Under the pieces are notes generated by a model. That model saw nothing but the letters and a program-made list of their open reading frames with translations. It made no database searches and was not told the origin of the DNA. Below, piece by piece: positions 1 to 9,503 of a DNA stretch of 64,000 bases. Origin of the DNA: Saprospiraceae bacterium (GTDB lineage Bacteria; Bacteroidota; Bacteroidia; Chitinophagales; Saprospiraceae); contig JALWSS010000019.1 of the NCBI GenBank assembly GCA_026993525.1, positions 11,096 to 75,095 on the forward strand, in the 5' to 3' direction. Made by a program: the position numbers and the translations under genes. The stretch's first letter is position 1, and every line of letters starts with the position of its first letter.

Positions 1-1362
1 GTAACCATTCCCTGTGTGATGCTTTCCTACGAAGATGGCCAGTTGATCCGCAATGCCATTGACATGGGCGAAACCGTGAACATCTCAATGGGTGCCATCA
101 AATTTGACAACGACATTGCCACAGACAACCGCGCTGGCGTATTCCGTCCGCCGTTTGGTACTTTCCCCGCCGGCCAGGCCAGCGACGGATTCTTCGTGCC
201 TTTAGGTGCTGAAGTAACCAACAACGGCCTCAATGTTGCCTCCAACGTTACCGTGGCTGCCACCATCACCAAAGATGGCAATGAACTTTACAATGAGTCA
301 GCTTCTGAGGCCATGCTGGAGCCTGATTCCAGTGTGGTGATCGCCCTTCCGGATTTCGACGCCGCCGGTGAAACACCCGGTGAGTTTGTGATGGCATACA
401 GCATCAGCAGCGACAGTATGGACCAACTCGACAACGACAACAACGTTACGACCTCCTTCTTCTTCAGCGAGAATGTGTTCAGCAAAGCCGGCTGGGATCC
501 CGCCAACAACCGTCCTTTCAGAACCAATGCCTACACCATTTCAGGCGGCGGAAACATCGAGTTCCTCTCAGGATTCAGCATCCCCAATGGCCAGGGTATG
601 GTCATTGACAGCATTCAATTCTATGTAGCCGTTGGCAGTGGCCTCACCCTCGGTGATGTGGAAGGTTCAGTAGGTGCTTTCATCTACGAGTGGGTGGATG
701 CCAACAACGACGGCGGCGTCGGTACCGATGAGCTTTCATTGGTGGCCATCACCGATGTGACTTTCTCCGATCCTGCCGAAACTGGCGCCTGGGTCAAAGT
801 ACCTGTGCTGGATTTCAACACTTTTGAAGTAGGCCTTGCCGTATCCGGTGATGGCGCTACCTATTTTGTGGGTACCCGCTACGAAGGCTCAGACCTGGTG
901 TTCCTGGGCTTTGACGAAAACTTTGACCAGACCCTCTGGACCGCCTTCTATGCACAGACAGACCTTGAACTGCCCTACATTGGTGTAACGGAATGGGTGA
1001 ACAACATCCCGAATGTTGACCAGGGCTTCATCTTCAGCGGATTTTTCGGCTCAGCTGCCACGGCAGTAATTGTGAACTCACCAAACGCTGCCGAAGATGT
1101 TGAGATCGTGAGCAACATGAGCATGTTCCCGAACCCGACCTCCGACCGCCTGACGGTAGAAGTTGAACTTCCTGAACTCACTTCAAGCCTCGAATACAAG
1201 ATCCGCAGTGCCGCAGGTCAGCTCGTTCGTCATGAGACCCGCAGCAATGTCAACTACGACAAAGCTGAGTTTGACGTGACCGATCTGCCTTCCGGTCAGT
1301 ACTTCCTCATTCTGAAAACGGACAACGGAAGTGCAGCCCGTGCTTTCACAGTACAACACTGA
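1..1362 (+). CDS. Secreted surface protein, 3' part (N-terminus outside window), with T9SS type-A C-terminal sorting domain
   Basis: The frame is open from nt 1, so the N-terminus lies upstream of the window. The last ~80 aa (MFPNPTSDRLTVEV...LPSGQYFLILKTDNGSAARAFTVQH) fit the Por_Secre_tail/T9SS type-A CTD pattern. Stop TGA at 1360-1362. Confidence 0.8.
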   Translation, partial: VTIPCVMLSYEDGQLIRNAIDMGETVNISMGAIKFDNDIATDNRAGVFRPPFGTFPAGQASDGFFVPLGAEVTNNGLNVASNVTVAATITKDGNELYNESASEAMLEPDSSVVIALPDFDAAGETPGEFVMAYSISSDSMDQLDNDNNVTTSFFFSENVFSKAGWDPANNRPFRTNAYTISGGGNIEFLSGFSIPNGQGMVIDSIQFYVAVGSGLTLGDVEGSVGAFIYEWVDANNDGGVGTDELSLVAITDVTFSDPAETGAWVKVPVLDFNTFEVGLAVSGDGATYFVGTRYEGSDLVFLGFDENFDQTLWTAFYAQTDLELPYIGVTEWVNNIPNVDQGFIFSGFFGSAATAVIVNSPNAAEDVEIVSNMSMFPNPTSDRLTVEVELPELTSSLEYKIRSAAGQLVRHETRSNVNYDKAEFDVTDLPSGQYFLILKTDNGSAARAFTVQH

Positions 1363-1520
1363 TTTCCCGAATCACACTACGGGAAACCCACTATACACTC
1401 CGGTGCCGGCGTTGCTGGCGCCGGAGTTCGTTTTTTTAATTGTTGAGAAGGGTTTATCCCGATCATCGGGGGAATTCCAATCAGAGACGTCCCGGGCGAC
1501 GACCTGGGAAAAAATCCTCC

Positions 1521-1662
1521 ACAAAAACTGACCTTGATTATTGTGATTGAATGATTACTGTGATTCGACAAAGACAGACCTTGATTATTGTGATTGAATG
1601 ATTACTGTGATTCGACAAAAAATTGACCTTGATTATTGTGATTAATTGATTACTTTGATTTT
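1521..1662 (+). repeat. 47-nt tandem repeat, 3 copies (1521-1567, 1568-1614, degenerate 1615-1662)
   Basis: The unit ACAAA(A/G)AC(T/A)GACCTTGATTATTGTGATTGAATGATTACTGTGATTCG was read directly. It is the reverse complement of the unit at 26559-26914. Confidence 0.9.
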
Positions 1663-1707
1663 GAAGAATAGAAAAGAGCCTTCTAACAACCTTCCAAAAA
1701 CCTCCAA

Positions 1708-1726
1708 TCCCGAGCTTGCCTCGGGA
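1708..1726. repeat. REP-like hairpin family H1 (TCCCGAG-CTTGC-CTCGGGA)
   Basis: Perfect 7-bp stem with a 5-nt loop. The same 19-mer (or the loop complement) occurs at 5458-5476, 18251-18269 and 26458-26476. Confidence 0.9.
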
Positions 1727-1797
1727 CTAAAAACCTTCTAAAAACCTCCCAAAAAACCTTCCAAAACCTCCCATAAAACCTCCCAAAACATGGTTTA

Positions 1798-4700
1798 CTA
1801 AAACACCGCTCCCACTTGCGCCCGGCCCACATGCACCACATTGGCGTTGCCGGTTTTACGGCCTTCGTAGCTGATGCCCATGCGGATGTTCTTGCCAATT
1901 TGCCGGTCAAGGGTGAGGTTCCAGAGGTAGTTGCGGCCGTTTTGCAGGCCGTTGAGGAAGGCAAAGCCGACGGGTGAATTGGCCTCACCGATGAAATTGA
2001 TCTTTACCAGGCTGATGGTTGAGCGGATGGAGGTGGTGGCGCTTTGGTTGTAGGTCAGTTCCAGTTTCAGTTCCCGGTTGTTGGCGCTTTCGCCACTGGG
2101 GCCCAGCTTGTTTTCGGCGTTTTTCATCCTCCAGGAGGCCGAAGCCCGGAAACTGCCGGAGGGTTGGAAAGTGAGCTTGGGTTCCAGCTCAAAAGCTTTT
2201 ATCCGGTAGCGTTTGTTTTCGAACAATTCCGAGCCCTGCTCACTGGTGGAAAACCTCACGGATTGGAGCAGCGACAAGGAACGTGTCATGTTCCATCGGA
2301 ATTTCAGGAACTGTTCCTGCAGCCTGCGGCTTTCGTAGCCGGTGGTCAGCACCTGTTTGAATTCGTTGTCGGAATGGCCCAACTGGACATCGTATTTCGG
2401 ATTGGCCCGGTTGAAAAACAGGGTGTTGTAAACGCCCGAGCGGGTACTCACCAGCGCCGTGTCGGCCACGTTGAGCTGGAAGGGGTTCCAGGGGCTTACG
2501 CCGTCCAGGTCCCGCACCTTGCGGCTGATTTGCAAGCTGCTCTGGGTGGAGAATTTTGAAAGAAATTTCCGAAGGCCCTTGCTGTTGAACCACACCGCTT
2601 TTGGCTCCAGGCGGAGGCTTTGGTTGAACTGCACGTTGTTGGTGCGGATGAGTTCGTCGGTGAAGGTGGTCACCCGCACGGCGTTGGCCACATCCTGAAA
2701 AGGGGCTATCTCCACTTCGTCCACCTGCACGGCATTGTCGCCGTTGCGGTCTATCCACTGGTGGGTGCCCTCGCCCAACGGCACCTGCAGGTAGGTGAAC
2801 TCGATTTTGCGCTCCTGCCCACTGCCAATTTCATAGCTGGTGGCACTTTGCACCACTCCCCGCAGGATGTTGAGTGAATAGTTCAGCCGGCCGAGGTAAG
2901 TTTCGGCGGCCTGCTGATTGGTGAGGCCGGTGTCCAGCACGGTCAGTTGCCGCCAGGTGAAATTCCAGCCGAGGCGGCTGTTGCGGCTTTGGCGCCAGTT
3001 GCCCTCCAGGTTCAGTTCGTCAGCCCGTAAGCTGCGCTTGAACCCGGCGCCAGCAGGCCGGTGGTCCAGCCGGCGTTTGAAGCCGGTTTTGAGGGTGAAG
3101 TTTTCCGAAGCCGGGGTTTCCATGAAGATTCGGAAAAGGTCGTAGCGGAAGCTGTTGTTGCTCAGCGAGTCAGTTTTTGTTCCCGTTCCGGAAATGACGT
3201 AGCGGCTGTTCATTTCCTGTTCGGCATAGACGCCGGCTTTCCAGTATTTGCTGCCCGTGCTGTCCCGGAAGAAGGGCACTACCACCTGCCCTTTGGGGCG
3301 GCTGAAACGGCTGGCCTCGCCGGTGCTTTCGGTGTTGAGCCAGTCGCCCTGCACCCACAGGTTGAAGCCTTTTTTCTGAAAGCCGTATTTCGCAAACTGG
3401 CGGGCACCCGTGTAGAGGGTGTCCCGGAAATAACCTCCGAAGCGGTACTCGAAGTTGCCGGCGGAAGGGGTGCGCAGCACCAGACCGCTGTTGAGCAGGT
3501 GTTCGTTCGTTGGCCGCAGGCCGATGCTGACATCGTTGGCACCCTGGCTGGTGTTCCAGTCGCGGGTGAACTCCGCCGGCCGGTAGGGACTCAGCTCCCG
3601 GAACTGCTGTTGGGTGAACTCGTAATCGGCGCTGGCTTCCACCTGCCAGGGTTTTTTACCGAAGGGCCAGTTCAACTCAAACCCGTGCCGGAAGCCCAGC
3701 ATGGCGGCCAGGCCGGCGTTGTCATCGTCGTCAATGGCGGAGAAGCGGTTGCGGTCGGTGTTGCTCAGGGCCAGCTCCCCTTTCAGGCTTGTTTTCTTAG
3801 AAAAATCGTATTGACCGCCGGCGGTGAACAGTTGCTGCCGTTTGGGTGCCACCAGCCTGCGTACCGGCTCAAAATTGCCCGAAGGGCGACCGGTCAAAGG
3901 GTCTGGTGCCACCCATCGGTACACCCGGCCGTTGGCGGCCGTTTCGGTGTCCTGGATGTAGTTGCCGTTGCCGCTGCCCACTTCCGAGAAGGTGGCGGTG
4001 TACAAGGCCTTATCCGGGTCGGTGCTGTACACCAGGATGCCAGAGTAGGGGATGCCGTTCACCATCGTATCGCGCAGCTCGTAGGACACCCGGAAGGCAT
4101 TGAACTGCGTCAAAGTGTCGAGGCTGGGCACCACGGCGGCCAGTTCGTCGTCGCCGGCATTGCGCAGCGACAGTTTTTCTTCTTCGTCAAATTCTTCGTC
4201 AACGGGTTGCAGGCCGTCCTGCTCGGAATAGGCATTCAGGTAGAGGTGCAGCTTACCGCTGTGGTAGTCGTTGTTGACGGCATATAGCGAGCGCAGGTAG
4301 TTCTGGTCGGCGTAGTCGAATTCCACCACGATGCGGCTGTCTTTGGTGATGAGGCGGCGGGGCATGAAGGTGATGTGCCCGGCATTGTAATCGATGACGT
4401 AGTCGAGGTCGAGGCCCCGTTGCAGCAGTGCTCCGTCGAGGTACACTTTTTCGGTGCCGGCCAGCACGATGATGAAGCGCTCACCTTCGGCCCCCTGCAG
4501 GCGGTAGGGCCCCTGGTTGCCCTCGATGGCGGCAATTTCGTTGCGGGCAAATTTGCCGCGTGCCACGGCCAGGCTGGCTTGTGAAGTCAGAAAGCCCTGG
4601 CGGGTTTTGCCCGTTGCCCAGGCATTGCTGAAAGTGGCCCCCTGCAACTTCTTGGTGTAGTTCATGAAATAGCCCGGCGGGCGGGTCAGCTCGTAGTCGC

Positions 4701-5340
4701 CGGCAATGAGACGGCTGCTGCCTTTGCTGAGCTGGACGAAGATCTTGTCGAACTCGCGCAGTTGCTGGGTATTGCCTTCGGGCTGAATGGGGATGTTGTT
4801 GTCGGTGATGGCGGCCAGCACTTCCAGGTCGCCCAGGCTGCCGGCCATCTGGAGGTTGAACTGGCTGTTGAGCACCAGGCTCTGGTTGTTGCCGAAGGAA
4901 AGGCCCCGGGTGAAATTGCCATTGTAGTTAAGCCCGCTTTGCGGCAGAATGGGCTGCGGCGCCTCGGCAAAGGGGTCGTAGGGAACGCCGATGAGCTGGT
5001 CGCCGGGGTTGCGGAAAATCATTGAACTGTCTATACGGGCAATGCGGCGCCCCAGGTCGTAGGGCAGCACCCGGTAGCTGACCCTGACCAGTTTGCTTCG
5101 CTGCGCAATGCCGGCGGAGTCAAAGCTGATGCTGTTGCCGTTAAGGGTGAAACGTGAGGGCGGTATGGGGTTTCCGGTGGTGGCGTCCCAGGCTTTCACC
5201 GAGCCCGGCACCACCGTCAGGCTGTCCAGCTTTTGCGGCACGGACAGCACCGGAAGCACCCTGCTCCGCAACGAGGAGAGCTGCCCAACAGCCAACAACG
5301 GCATCGCCAACAACAAAATGGTGGATAAAATTCTGCCCAT
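1798..5340 (-). CDS. Large outer-membrane beta-barrel-type protein, family not assigned
   Basis: 1195-aa ORF. The likely start is the internal Met at 5340 (MGRILSTILLLAMPLLAVGQ, a signal peptide). The sequence is long and beta-rich and ends ...GRAQVGAVF; a C-terminal Phe is typical of OM barrels. Confidence 0.75.
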   Translation of the reverse strand: MGRILSTILLLAMPLLAVGQLSSLRSRVLPVLSVPQKLDSLTVVPGSVKAWDATTGNPIPPSRFTLNGNSISFDSAGIAQRSKLVRVSYRVLPYDLGRRIARIDSSMIFRNPGDQLIGVPYDPFAEAPQPILPQSGLNYNGNFTRGLSFGNNQSLVLNSQFNLQMAGSLGDLEVLAAITDNNIPIQPEGNTQQLREFDKIFVQLSKGSSRLIAGDYELTRPPGYFMNYTKKLQGATFSNAWATGKTRQGFLTSQASLAVARGKFARNEIAAIEGNQGPYRLQGAEGERFIIVLAGTEKVYLDGALLQRGLDLDYVIDYNAGHITFMPRRLITKDSRIVVEFDYADQNYLRSLYAVNNDYHSGKLHLYLNAYSEQDGLQPVDEEFDEEEKLSLRNAGDDELAAVVPSLDTLTQFNAFRVSYELRDTMVNGIPYSGILVYSTDPDKALYTATFSEVGSGNGNYIQDTETAANGRVYRWVAPDPLTGRPSGNFEPVRRLVAPKRQQLFTAGGQYDFSKKTSLKGELALSNTDRNRFSAIDDDDNAGLAAMLGFRHGFELNWPFGKKPWQVEASADYEFTQQQFRELSPYRPAEFTRDWNTSQGANDVSIGLRPTNEHLLNSGLVLRTPSAGNFEYRFGGYFRDTLYTGARQFAKYGFQKKGFNLWVQGDWLNTESTGEASRFSRPKGQVVVPFFRDSTGSKYWKAGVYAEQEMNSRYVISGTGTKTDSLSNNSFRYDLFRIFMETPASENFTLKTGFKRRLDHRPAGAGFKRSLRADELNLEGNWRQSRNSRLGWNFTWRQLTVLDTGLTNQQAAETYLGRLNYSLNILRGVVQSATSYEIGSGQERKIEFTYLQVPLGEGTHQWIDRNGDNAVQVDEVEIAPFQDVANAVRVTTFTDELIRTNNVQFNQSLRLEPKAVWFNSKGLRKFLSKFSTQSSLQISRKVRDLDGVSPWNPFQLNVADTALVSTRSGVYNTLFFNRANPKYDVQLGHSDNEFKQVLTTGYESRRLQEQFLKFRWNMTRSLSLLQSVRFSTSEQGSELFENKRYRIKAFELEPKLTFQPSGSFRASASWRMKNAENKLGPSGESANNRELKLELTYNQSATTSIRSTISLVKINFIGEANSPVGFAFLNGLQNGRNYLWNLTLDRQIGKNIRMGISYEGRKTGNANVVHVGRAQVGAVF

Positions 5341-5430
5341 ACGCCTGTGCCCGCTACAACAGTTTTTTCCTTCGCCCTGCGGCAATGGCTGCCTACTTTA
5401 ACGGGAAGACGGTGGGTTTGTGACAAGAGA

Positions 5431-5491
5431 GGTTGGCGGTTGTCGGTTGGCGGTTGTTCCCGAGCTTGCCTCGGGATCGGTTGTCGGTTGC
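5431..5491. repeat. Heptamer array GGTTG(G/T)C interrupted by H1 hairpin (5458-5476)
   Basis: Reads GGTTGGC GGTTGTC GGTTGGC GGTTGT, then TCCCGAGCTTGCCTCGGGA, then TC GGTTGTC GGTTGC. Read directly. Confidence 0.9.
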
Positions 5492-5707
5492 AAGGGGTAG
5501 TGTGATTTCATCAAGAAATTCCGTCGGATTCATTTCGGAATTTCGATGGCTGTTCGTTACCTTCGTATCACCGGATTTGCGAAGAAAAGAATTTAGAGGA
5601 GAGAAGATATATTACGCCTGTTGAAGATTTAAACCCCATCCGGTACCTGACGCCTACCTGTGTGAATAGCTGCAAATACTGTTTTCACCAATAAAACTTC
5701 AACGCTC

Positions 5708-8700
5708 ATGAAGACAATCTTTACCTATGGATGCTGCTGGCTAATAACAGCCGCTCTGTTTCTGACGAATGCGAAAGCCCAATGCCCGCCACCGGGATTG
5801 CCAACACCCGGAAATACTTGTACCGAAGCAGTCGCTATTTGCACCGATGTTGGTGGTTATTGCGACACACTGGGTTTGAACAACATCATTCAGACTTTCC
5901 CCGGTTGTCCGTCGTCAGTGCTCAACAATGACGAATGGATCAAATTCATAGCGGCCTCCGATTCCATTGCCTTCCGCATAAGCCCCTCTGACTGCCAGGG
6001 CCTGAACGGCCAGTTCGGCATGCAGGGCGCCATCTTTGATGGTTGCGGAGGAGCGGCGCTGGCCACCCAGTGCAATTGCACCACTTCGGATTTCATCCTG
6101 GCTTACGGAGATTTCGAGCCGGGTGCGACTTATTTGATGGTGCTGGATGGGTGTGCCGGGGATGTTTGTGCCTATGAGATGGAGGTGATTTATGGCAGTG
6201 CCGATGCGCAGGAAGCTCCTTTCCCACCGGTGGGGCAGATTCTGGGGAATGACACAGCTTGTACCACTACATTCAGTTTGTATGCAGTTGAAAACAGCAC
6301 CTATGGACATGTGTACAATTGGTTTACTGAACCACCGGGAGTAGCAGAAATTATCCCATTTCCAAGTGATAGTTTAGGCATTTTGCAATGGTTGTCGGAA
6401 GGTCAATTCAAAGTTTGTGTTCAAGCTACAAACAGCTGTTTTGCGGACACAGCCATTGTCTGCAAAGATGTGCTGGTATCGGACATTCCCAAACCCGATA
6501 CAGTTAATGTCAGTTTGTGTCAGGGCCAGTGCTTTGATCTGCCCGACGGGCAAACGGTTTGCGAAGAGGGCATTTACGATGTGTTGATTCAGGACAATGG
6601 AAGTTGTGATACGCTGAGATCCTTCATTGTAAGTGTCAGCGAAGCGCCCCTTACAGTCCTGCCTGAGCAAGTGGTTTGCGGTGGCCATTTCACCTTGTGC
6701 AATGAGGTCATGGATACGAGCGGTGCCTACCTGGTGAATTGCCAGACCCCGCTGGGCTGCGACAGCCTCGTTTCTTTTGAGCTGACCCTGTTGAATCCCA
6801 TCGCCTCCATTGAGGAACCTGGCAACCTCTGTCTGCCCGGGGTGCTGCTGGATGGCTCTTCGTCGCAATTTTCCGAAGGGAATGGCATCAGCCGGCAGGT
6901 GAGCTGGGAAGGCCCGCCAGGTGGGCTCGTCACCGGCTCAGACAGCCTGACGGCTACGGCCATTTTGCCCGGCACCTACTGCCTCACCGTTTACGAAGAG
7001 AAAAACGGCCAGAGCTGCCAGCACACGGACTGTGTGGAGGTAAAAACGATACCCATCGGCATTCCGGATTCGGTTCAGTTGTGCCAGGGAGAGTACCTCC
7101 CGATCGATCTCAGTTCTGACGCCTATGTTTCATACTTGTGGAGCACGGGCGACACCACCAGCGCCATAGATGTGACTTCGTCCGGTGTTTATTCGGTGCA
7201 GGCCGTGGATACGGCGGGTTGCATCCACTCGGCCACCATCGAGGTCATCATTTCCAACGAGCTTTATACCGGATTGCCGGATACGGCGAGCTATTGTGAG
7301 AACTCGTTCATCGAAGTGCAGGCTGCCAGTGGTTTTGCCCATTACCTGTGGGACAACGGGTTGGAAGAACCATCTGCATCCTTCAACACACCAGGCTGGC
7401 ATTACCTGGTTGCGAGTACGATAGGCGGCTGTCTGATCTACGACAGCCTGTACCTGGTGGAGTTGCCGGTCGGAGAGCCCGGCTTGCCGGACCATCCCAT
7501 TTGCACCACGGATTACCCATTTGCGGTCTCTGCTTCTCCGGGCTTTGACAGCTATGCCTGGAGCAATGGCGACAGCACCCAGACTGCTGAATTCGACAGC
7601 GCCGGCACCTACCAACTTACAGCGCTTCAAGCCAATGGCTGCTTTGCGACGGGTGAAGTCACCCTCCTTGACGAACCCTTCAACGTGGCGGATTTTCCGG
7701 ATACCTATTCGGTCTGCGAACAGGCGTCACCTGTCACCATCGAGTTGCCTTCCCAGTACTCCTACCAGTGGAGTACCGGCAGCACTTCCAACAGTGTGAC
7801 CCTGGAAGATCTGATGTATTACGGTGTGACAGTCACCAACGACCTCGGCTGCGTGCAATCGGATTCGTTTTTCCTGACGGCCAAACCTACGGTAGAGCTT
7901 CAGGATGAGTTTCTGGTTTGCCCGGAGGAGTTTCCGGTCAACATCATGGTTGATGATATTTACGCCAGCTACTACTGGAGCACCAAGGATATGACGGCAC
8001 AGATATATGTTTTTAAAGAGGGAGTGTACACTGTTACTGTTACGGATGACTATGGCTGCACGGCTTCGGCTTCGACGAGTGTGGTATCAGAGCCGCAGTC
8101 ATTGGTTTCTCTGGAAGCCGAAGAATTGGTGCTTTGTGAGGAGGAGTTCCCCTATGAACTCGTAGCCATGGGAGAGTGGAACGTAATCCTGTGGTCAACG
8201 GGAGAAATCTCACCGTCCATACAGGTAACACAGCCCGGCTTGTATTCTGTCACGGTCAGCAATGATGCCGGCTGTTTTGACAGCGCAACGATTGCCATCT
8301 TCCAGAGTCCGCCCCCCATGTTGCAATATCCGCTCGACGACACAACGGTTTGTGTGGAGAATCTGCCAATCACCTTTGATGCCGGGCCCGGTCAGGCCTT
8401 TTACCTGTGGAGTACGGGTGACCAAACGCAAGCGATCACCCTCGATGAAGAGGACATTCAGTCGCCGGGATTCAACCTGATAAGCGTGTTGTTTGAAAAT
8501 GCGGAGGGTTGCCGGAACACCGAAAACTTCGTCCTGGAAGTGGAGGTTTGCAACGCCACTGCACAGGCTTACTTGCCGGGAACTTTCTCCATCCGCCCCA
8601 ATCCGACCAATGGAGAGGCCCACCTCGTTTACAAAGGTTTGCCTTCGGGCAATTACGAGCTGGGCATTTACCAGACGGAGGGAAAACTCCTCCGGCAACG

Positions 8701-8833
8701 GAAACTTTCAGTGGTGGAAGAGCAGGGCAAGATCAAACTGCCGGTTGAAAACCTGGCCTCCGGCGTGTATTTCATTCGCCTCGCTTCGCAACAGGGAATG
8801 GCCGTGCTCAAGCTCGTCATTGCCGGTGGCTGA
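5708..8833 (+). CDS. Secreted multi-repeat surface protein with T9SS type-A C-terminal sorting domain
   Basis: Signal peptide MKTIFTYGCCWLITAALFLTNAKAQ. Seven modules of type Y-x-W-S-T-G-x-T...G-x-Y-x-V-x-V-x-D-x-x-G-C. The C-terminus FSIRPNPTNGEAHLVY...GVYFIRLASQQGMAVLKLVI is CTD-like. Confidence 0.85.
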   Translation: MKTIFTYGCCWLITAALFLTNAKAQCPPPGLPTPGNTCTEAVAICTDVGGYCDTLGLNNIIQTFPGCPSSVLNNDEWIKFIAASDSIAFRISPSDCQGLNGQFGMQGAIFDGCGGAALATQCNCTTSDFILAYGDFEPGATYLMVLDGCAGDVCAYEMEVIYGSADAQEAPFPPVGQILGNDTACTTTFSLYAVENSTYGHVYNWFTEPPGVAEIIPFPSDSLGILQWLSEGQFKVCVQATNSCFADTAIVCKDVLVSDIPKPDTVNVSLCQGQCFDLPDGQTVCEEGIYDVLIQDNGSCDTLRSFIVSVSEAPLTVLPEQVVCGGHFTLCNEVMDTSGAYLVNCQTPLGCDSLVSFELTLLNPIASIEEPGNLCLPGVLLDGSSSQFSEGNGISRQVSWEGPPGGLVTGSDSLTATAILPGTYCLTVYEEKNGQSCQHTDCVEVKTIPIGIPDSVQLCQGEYLPIDLSSDAYVSYLWSTGDTTSAIDVTSSGVYSVQAVDTAGCIHSATIEVIISNELYTGLPDTASYCENSFIEVQAASGFAHYLWDNGLEEPSASFNTPGWHYLVASTIGGCLIYDSLYLVELPVGEPGLPDHPICTTDYPFAVSASPGFDSYAWSNGDSTQTAEFDSAGTYQLTALQANGCFATGEVTLLDEPFNVADFPDTYSVCEQASPVTIELPSQYSYQWSTGSTSNSVTLEDLMYYGVTVTNDLGCVQSDSFFLTAKPTVELQDEFLVCPEEFPVNIMVDDIYASYYWSTKDMTAQIYVFKEGVYTVTVTDDYGCTASASTSVVSEPQSLVSLEAEELVLCEEEFPYELVAMGEWNVILWSTGEISPSIQVTQPGLYSVTVSNDAGCFDSATIAIFQSPPPMLQYPLDDTTVCVENLPITFDAGPGQAFYLWSTGDQTQAITLDEEDIQSPGFNLISVLFENAEGCRNTENFVLEVEVCNATAQAYLPGTFSIRPNPTNGEAHLVYKGLPSGNYELGIYQTEGKLLRQRKLSVVEEQGKIKLPVENLASGVYFIRLASQQGMAVLKLVIAGG

Positions 8834-8863
8834 TCCGGCTGCGCCGGCTTTAATTCTGCAAAA

Positions 8864-9409
8864 ATGAACCTCAAAGAAGTCCTGTCTCAACATTGTAGCA
8901 AACCCACCTGCCTGGCCATCCGGGACTGGATTGGAAGTGATGCCGACCGGTTTGCAGAACTGGTCGGCATCATGCTGAGTGGGGATGAAGTCAGCTCCAA
9001 ATACGCAGCCTGGGTTTTCAGCCACGTAGTGGAAGAGCGTCCCCGGCTCATCCGTGCACACCTGCCGGCCCTCATCGCCAACCTGGACCGGCCCGGCAAC
9101 AGCGACTCGGTTGTCCGTAGTACGGTCAAAGCACTTGCGTCTGTTGATTTGCCGGAAGAGGTGCAGGGACCGGCCCTGCAAAAAGGTTTTGACCTGCTGA
9201 TGGACCCGGCCGTGCCAGTGGCCATTCGTGTGCATGCCATGCAAACGGTGTTCAATATTTCGAAAAAAGAACCCGACCTGCTCAGGGAACTGAAAGAAGT
9301 GATCGAAGAAGGTATGCTCACCGGATCAACGGGATACCGGGCCAGGGGAAGGCGATTGCTGAAGGAAATTGGGGAATTGAGTCCCGACATTCGTCGGGAG
9401 AGGGGTTGA
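8864..9409 (+). CDS. Hypothetical protein, alpha-helical (HEAT/ARM-like by eye)
   Basis: 181-aa ORF with ATG 30 nt after the previous stop. Its 3' end runs into the H2 hairpin repeat. No catalytic motif recognised. Confidence 0.55.
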   Translation: MNLKEVLSQHCSKPTCLAIRDWIGSDADRFAELVGIMLSGDEVSSKYAAWVFSHVVEERPRLIRAHLPALIANLDRPGNSDSVVRSTVKALASVDLPEEVQGPALQKGFDLLMDPAVPVAIRVHAMQTVFNISKKEPDLLRELKEVIEEGMLTGSTGYRARGRRLLKEIGELSPDIRRERG

Positions 9410-9428
9410 GTCCCGACATTCGTCGGGA
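9382..9428. repeat. REP-like hairpin family H2 (TCCCGAC-ATTCG-TCGGGA), two tandem copies
   Basis: Copies at 9382-9399 and 9411-9428, 29 nt apart, each preceded by TTGAG. A third copy in inverse orientation lies at 10493-10510. Confidence 0.9.
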
Positions 9429-9445
9429 GAAGAATCGAGGAACCC

Positions 9446-9479
9446 ACGTTTACTAAACCTCCAAAGGTTTAGTAAACGT
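9446..9479. repeat. Hairpin family H3 (ACGTTTACTAAACC / GGTTTAGTAAACGT)
   Basis: Perfect 14-bp stem with a 6-nt loop. A second copy with one mismatch lies at 34024-34057. Confidence 0.9.
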
Positions 9480-9503
9480 CCGGTAAAAAAACCTTCTAAA
9501 AAC

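Noticed and set aside
3061-4287. 408-aa plus-strand ORF (and similar long antisense ORFs at 15365-16240, 32836-34074, 38746-39414, 40012-40728, 44218-45270, 61416-62552)
   Set aside because: Each is nested antisense inside a gene with clear family motifs or signal and sorting signals. Their composition is typical of shadow ORFs.
1798-5385. Calling the 1195-aa protein SprA/Sov or a TonB-dependent receptor
   Set aside because: Its length is about half of SprA, and no plug domain or TonB box is seen. I could not justify a family name from the sequence alone.
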